A stretch of 64,000 nucleotides of DNA from assembly GCA_019244185.1 (NCBI GenBank), contig JAFATB010000014.1, forward strand, positions 352,001 to 416,000, read 5' to 3'. The translations under genes and the position numbers were made by a program. The stretch is from Acidobacteriota bacterium. Lineage in GTDB: Bacteria > Acidobacteriota > Thermoanaerobaculia > Gp7-AA8. The notes beneath the pieces are model-generated. The model worked only from the letters and a program-made list of their open reading frames with translations. It had not been told where the DNA came from and did not search any database. Every line of letters starts with the position of its first letter. The first letter of the stretch is position 1. Positions 59,675 through 64,000 of this stretch are shown here, one piece after another.

Positions 59675-61123
59675 TCAGCGCTTGCGCAGCGCGTCGAGCC
59701 GCGACCGCGCCTGCGGATGATCGGGCGCGATCTTGAGCACGTCCTCGTAGCACGTCTGCGCGCGCGAGGCGAGGCCTTCCGCTTTGTAGAGATCGCCGAG
59801 GGAGATCATCGCGTCGACGAGATTCGGATCCGCCGACAGCGCGCGCTGGAAGCTCTCCGCCGCCTCCCGCCGCCAGCGCGGATTGCGTTCCTGACATGCG
59901 CCGAGGAGATGCCACGCCTCGGCGTGATCGGGGAGGAACTGGACGGCTTGTTTCAAAAGCACGATCGCGCCGTAGTAGTCGCCCTGCGCGCTGAGCTCCT
60001 TCGCTTTGGCGAAGTTATGCTCGGCGATGGAGCGCTGGTTCATGCGCTGCTGAATGGCGATCTCGCCGCCGCGCAACTCGCCCGTGCGCGTGGTGAGCAG
60101 CTTGTCGTATGCGCCGCGCCGCGCCGCGTCCTTGAGCACGTTCACCGCCTCGTCGACGCGGCGGTGGATGGTTTGGATCGCGTCGCGCACGATCGCCGGA
60201 TACGTCGCGGCGTCGTAGCGCTTGCGGAGCGCGTCGGCGGCGGCGACGAGCTGTTGCCGCGTCGCGGCGCGCGGCACGTCGAGCACCTGATAGTGATCGA
60301 GCGTCGACAGCCGGCGCGAGAATGCCACCGCGCGCAGCGAGCGCTGGTCCGACGAGCCGATCGCCGCGAGCAGCTCGAGATCGCGCTGCATGTCGTCCGC
60401 GCTCGCGGGCGGCTCGTCGCGCACCTGCTCTTCGACCGCGGTGAAGGTGCCGACCGCGAGCAGCGCCACGACGACTTTCGCCGCGACGAGCGAATGCGCG
60501 GAGAAGTGGCGCAGGAACGATTCGGTCGCCACCGGCTCGTGCAGCGCCGCCGCGATCGCGCGCTCCTGTTCGCCGAGCGGCAGCGCCTCGATCGGAAAAC
60601 GCGGATTGCGCGCGGGCTGGATCGGGCGTTTGAGATCGCCGAGCGAGCGCCGCAGCACGAGACCGTTCGTGATCGAGCGCACGCCGTCGACGATCAGCGC
60701 CGCCGTCGACTGCAGGAAGATCCGCTTCTCCGGCGGCAGCGCTTCCTCGTCCGTGAACGCGGACGTGCCTTCGTCCAGCGAGAAGAGCGGGAGGAACTGC
60801 GATGTCAGCCATTCGCGCAGCAGCGTCTGGCGCGCGGAGAGATCGAGCAAGCCCGACTCGTGCAGCCGCGCCACGACGTCGTTCGGATCGTCGCCGAAGA
60901 GTTGCAGCGCGCGATCGGCCGGTACCGCGCCGCGGCGCACGAGAAAATCGGCGAGCGAATCGTGCGGCTCCGCCGACGCCGCCATCACCAGCTCGCCCTG
61001 CGACCAGTACAGCACTTTGCGCATCGGCGGCTTGAGGATCGTCAGCGAGCCGGTCCTGCGTTGTTGCAGGACTTCTCCCACGATCACGGCAACCGGGGTG
61101 ATCTCGATCCGCTCCAGACTCAC
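59675..61123 (-). CDS. DUF4388-like domain plus degenerate J-domain plus TPR protein
   Basis: RRTGSLT...K.LYW.QG (DUF4388-like), DHYQVLDV...EAVNVLKD..RR.AYD (J-like), and C-terminal TPRs. Confidence 0.75.
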   Translation of the reverse strand: MSLERIEITPVAVIVGEVLQQRRTGSLTILKPPMRKVLYWSQGELVMAASAEPHDSLADFLVRRGAVPADRALQLFGDDPNDVVARLHESGLLDLSARQTLLREWLTSQFLPLFSLDEGTSAFTDEEALPPEKRIFLQSTAALIVDGVRSITNGLVLRRSLGDLKRPIQPARNPRFPIEALPLGEQERAIAAALHEPVATESFLRHFSAHSLVAAKVVVALLAVGTFTAVEEQVRDEPPASADDMQRDLELLAAIGSSDQRSLRAVAFSRRLSTLDHYQVLDVPRAATRQQLVAAADALRKRYDAATYPAIVRDAIQTIHRRVDEAVNVLKDAARRGAYDKLLTTRTGELRGGEIAIQQRMNQRSIAEHNFAKAKELSAQGDYYGAIVLLKQAVQFLPDHAEAWHLLGACQERNPRWRREAAESFQRALSADPNLVDAMISLGDLYKAEGLASRAQTCYEDVLKIAPDHPQARSRLDALRKR

Positions 61124-61276
61124 GCGCGCACAGGCCTTTCACACGCTTTTAGCACATTCGACACCTGTTTATTGACGGTGCGTCCAATACTGGCGAGGCG
61201 CCGATGCGTTTGGCACGGTTGCGGCTCAAGAATGCGCGGGGCGCGCCCTGCTGTTCACTTCCGATCGAGTACTGAC

Positions 61277-63187
61277 ATGAAAATCCTGAAAGCTTCCTCG
61301 CTGGTCCTGCTCGCGGCGCTGCTCGTTCCCGCCGTGGCACGCGCCCAGGAGTTCCCCGCTGAACCGTACGAGTTCCTCCAGGCCAAGCTCGCCGCCGAGG
61401 AAGGGCACTTCGATGAGGCGCTCAAGATCCTCGACCGCATCATCGAGAAGAACGCCGCCGATCCCGTGCTGCGCTACGAGCGCGCAATGGTGCTCATCGA
61501 CGCCGGCAACGTCGCGCGCGCCGAGACCGAGCTTCGCGCCGTCGTGAAGACGAATCCCGATTTCTACGACGCGAACCGCGTCCTCGGCCGCCTGCTGCTC
61601 GACCGCTCGAACAACGACCGCACGAAAGTCGACGAGGCGCTCGGCTATCTGCAGGCCGCCTTCAAGGCGAACCCCGACGATCTGTCGACCGGACTCGCCG
61701 TCACGCAGATCCTCACCTCCGCCGGACGCAACGCCGACGCCGAGCGCGTGATGGCCACGATGCTCGAACGCGCGCCCGATCAGCGCGCGCTCAACTACAA
61801 CTACGCGCTCATCCTCACGAAGCTCGGACGCGGCAACGAGTCGCGCCAGTACCTCGAGCGCGCCCTCGCCGCCGATCCGACCTTCAGCCCCGCCATCCAG
61901 CAGCTGCTCGAGATCTATCAGCAGCAGAACGACTGGGGCAAAGCCGCCGAAACGCTGCAGCCGCTCATCGAGGAAGATCCGATGAACCTCGACCTGCAGC
62001 GGCAGCAGGCCGTCTTCTATCTGCGCGCCGGCGACGCCGAGAAGGCGCGCGACCGCTTCAAGACGCTCGCCGCCGCCGATCCGAAAGACACGCGCTCGCA
62101 GTACTACCTCGCCGAATCGCTCAACGATCTCGAGGAGTACGCGGAGAGCGAGAAGATCTTCCGCCAGCTCCTCGCCGCGACGCCGAACGACGCCGATCTT
62201 CTGGCGAGCTTCGGCCTCAGCCTCACCGGTCAGAAGAAGTGGGACGACGCGGCGAAGACGTTCAACGCGTTGCTCGCCGTGCAGGACGTCCCTGAGAATC
62301 TCGCCGCGCTCGCGCGCACGCAGCTCGCGTATATCGATCTGCAGAAGGGCAACTACGAGGCCGCGTACGCGACCGCGAAGGCCGTGCTGACGTTCGGCAA
62401 CAAGCCGAATCCGCAGGCGGTGAACATCGCCCTCGAAGCGCTGAAGAAACTGAACCGCGGGAACGACGCCGTGGCGCTGCTGCAGCCGCTCGCGACGACG
62501 TACGACAGCGATCCGTTCATCGCCGCGCGCACGATCGAGGCGCTCTCGCGCGCGAACCAGAAGCCGGTCGCGCAGCGTCTCGCGCTCACGCAGGTGAAGC
62601 TCGGCACGCGCAACGCCATCGCCGCGACCGAGGCGTACGTGCAGGCCGGCGACTCGACCGCGGCCATCGCGCTGATGAAGTACGCGACCGACGCGAAGCC
62701 CGACGATCTCGATCTCCTCTTCGAGCTCGGCTCGGTGTACGAGCGCGCCGGCGACCGCAAGTCCGCCGAGGCGACGTTCCTCGAGGTGCTGAAGAAGAAT
62801 CCGGAGCACGCGCCGACACTCAACTACCTCGGATACATGTGGGCCGAGAGCGGCGTCAATCTCGACCGCGCGCACGACATGCTCAGCCGCGCCGTCACCC
62901 AGGAGCCGAACAACGGCGCGTACGTCGATTCGCTCGGTTGGGTCTACTTCCGTCTCGGACAGCTCGATCTCGCCGAGAAGTATCTGACCGACGCCGCCAA
63001 GCTGCTGCCGCGCGACGCCACCGTGCACGAGCACCTCGGCGACGTGCTCGCCAAGCGCGGCGACGCCGAGCGCGCGCTGCAGCTCTACCGCACCGCGATC
63101 ACGCTCGATCCCGACGCGAAGGAAGTGGAGAAGATCCGCTCCAAGATCGCGGAGCTCGAGCACCGCAACCAAACGTCGCAGCGATGA
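61277..63187 (+). CDS. Secreted multi-TPR protein
   Basis: Signal peptide; many TPRs ending LNYLGYMWA...YVDSLGWVYFRLG...EHLGDV. Confidence 0.92.
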   Translation: MKILKASSLVLLAALLVPAVARAQEFPAEPYEFLQAKLAAEEGHFDEALKILDRIIEKNAADPVLRYERAMVLIDAGNVARAETELRAVVKTNPDFYDANRVLGRLLLDRSNNDRTKVDEALGYLQAAFKANPDDLSTGLAVTQILTSAGRNADAERVMATMLERAPDQRALNYNYALILTKLGRGNESRQYLERALAADPTFSPAIQQLLEIYQQQNDWGKAAETLQPLIEEDPMNLDLQRQQAVFYLRAGDAEKARDRFKTLAAADPKDTRSQYYLAESLNDLEEYAESEKIFRQLLAATPNDADLLASFGLSLTGQKKWDDAAKTFNALLAVQDVPENLAALARTQLAYIDLQKGNYEAAYATAKAVLTFGNKPNPQAVNIALEALKKLNRGNDAVALLQPLATTYDSDPFIAARTIEALSRANQKPVAQRLALTQVKLGTRNAIAATEAYVQAGDSTAAIALMKYATDAKPDDLDLLFELGSVYERAGDRKSAEATFLEVLKKNPEHAPTLNYLGYMWAESGVNLDRAHDMLSRAVTQEPNNGAYVDSLGWVYFRLGQLDLAEKYLTDAAKLLPRDATVHEHLGDVLAKRGDAERALQLYRTAITLDPDAKEVEKIRSKIAELEHRNQTSQR

Positions 63188-63771
63188 GCCTTCGGCGTTC
63201 GCTTCGTTTCCTCGCGGCCGCGCTGTTTGCGGCCGCGATCGTTTCGTGCAAGAGCACGCATCCGAGCGGCACGCCCGTCGCGACGATCCCGTCGTCGACG
63301 CCGGAGCAGACCGCGCAGCAGCTCCGCGCGTTGCGCGCGAGCTTCCACGGCATGAAGAGCCTCATGCACGTGCGCGCGACGACCGGCGGCAAGACGCAGT
63401 CGTTCCGCGCGCAGCTCATCGTGCACGACGCGCGGCGCATGGAGCTCATCGCGTACACGCCCGTCGGCACGACCGCGCTGACGATGAAGGCGGACGGCGA
63501 TGCGATCACGACCGATCCCGCCGTCGCGCCGGAGTCGTTCGCGTTTCTCCGCGCCGCCGGACTCACGCCCGCCGAGACCGGCATGCTGCTCCTCGGCATC
63601 CCGCCGCGCGACGACGTCCGCGTGACCTACGGCGCCGGCGGGCTTTCCTCGGCGAATGCCGGCGAGATCGCGGTGACGTTCGAGCCGCCGGCGTTCCCCG
63701 CGAAGCGCATCGTGATCGCGCGCGGCGACGACCGCATCGAGCTCGAGCACCTCGAGGTCGTGTCGGAGTGA
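63184..63771 (+). CDS. Lipoprotein, possible LolB-like outer-membrane lipoprotein
   Basis: Lipobox IVSC; beta-rich sequence with YTPVGTT; lies between the TPR gene and ispE. Confidence 0.6.
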   Translation: MSLRRSLRFLAAALFAAAIVSCKSTHPSGTPVATIPSSTPEQTAQQLRALRASFHGMKSLMHVRATTGGKTQSFRAQLIVHDARRMELIAYTPVGTTALTMKADGDAITTDPAVAPESFAFLRAAGLTPAETGMLLLGIPPRDDVRVTYGAGGLSSANAGEIAVTFEPPAFPAKRIVIARGDDRIELEHLEVVSE

Positions 63772-64000
63772 TGCAGGTCGAGGCGTACGCGAAGATCAAC
63801 TGGTCGCTGCGCATCACCGGCAAACGCGCGGACGGGTTTCACGATCTCGAGACGCTCTTTCAAACGATCTCGCTGCACGACACGCTGACCTTTCGCGAAT
63901 CGGATTGCCTCACGCTGACATGCGACGACCCATCGATTCCGACCGACGAGACGAACCTCGTGCTCCGCGCCGCGCGCGCGCTCGGCGCGCCGCCCGTCGC
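63771..64000 (+). CDS. ispE: 4-diphosphocytidyl-2-C-methyl-D-erythritol kinase (3' truncated by window edge)
   Basis: AYAKINWSLRITGKRADGFHDLETLFQTISLHD and TNLVLRAA. Confidence 0.93.
   Translation, partial: MQVEAYAKINWSLRITGKRADGFHDLETLFQTISLHDTLTFRESDCLTLTCDDPSIPTDETNLVLRAARALGAPPV

Overview
High-GC (roughly 68-70% by eye) bacterial chromosomal window with about 55 densely packed genes. It is probably Acidobacteriota, possibly Thermoanaerobaculia; this is inferred from two Acidobacterial-type VWA proteins and myxobacterial-like TPR/J-domain genes. Most genes are housekeeping: moxR-DUF58-transglutaminase, pdxJ, ABC-F, cinA, truA-uppS-cdsA-dxr-rseP, dapF plus a glycosylation locus, recQ, rnd, trxB, tsaB-rimI, lolC/E, selA, plsC, phoD, korAB and TPR-lolB-like-ispE. 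I saw no rRNA, tRNA, CRISPR array or transposase. Main observations: (1) a two-AraC locus in which a 17-bp box GCAA-N5-TGAWAGCG lies exactly 31 nt upstream of three different start codons; (2) two tandem secreted paralogs with near-identical ends and diverged cores inserted inside the moxR operon; (3) a 153-bp nested palindromic element with a second, decayed copy, each supplying a gene's stop codon; (4) -10-like hexamers 5-10 nt before many start codons, suggesting leaderless mRNAs; (5) truA apparently starting at CTG; (6) two genes broken by single-base lesions. Family assignments come from motif recognition only; no database search was run.
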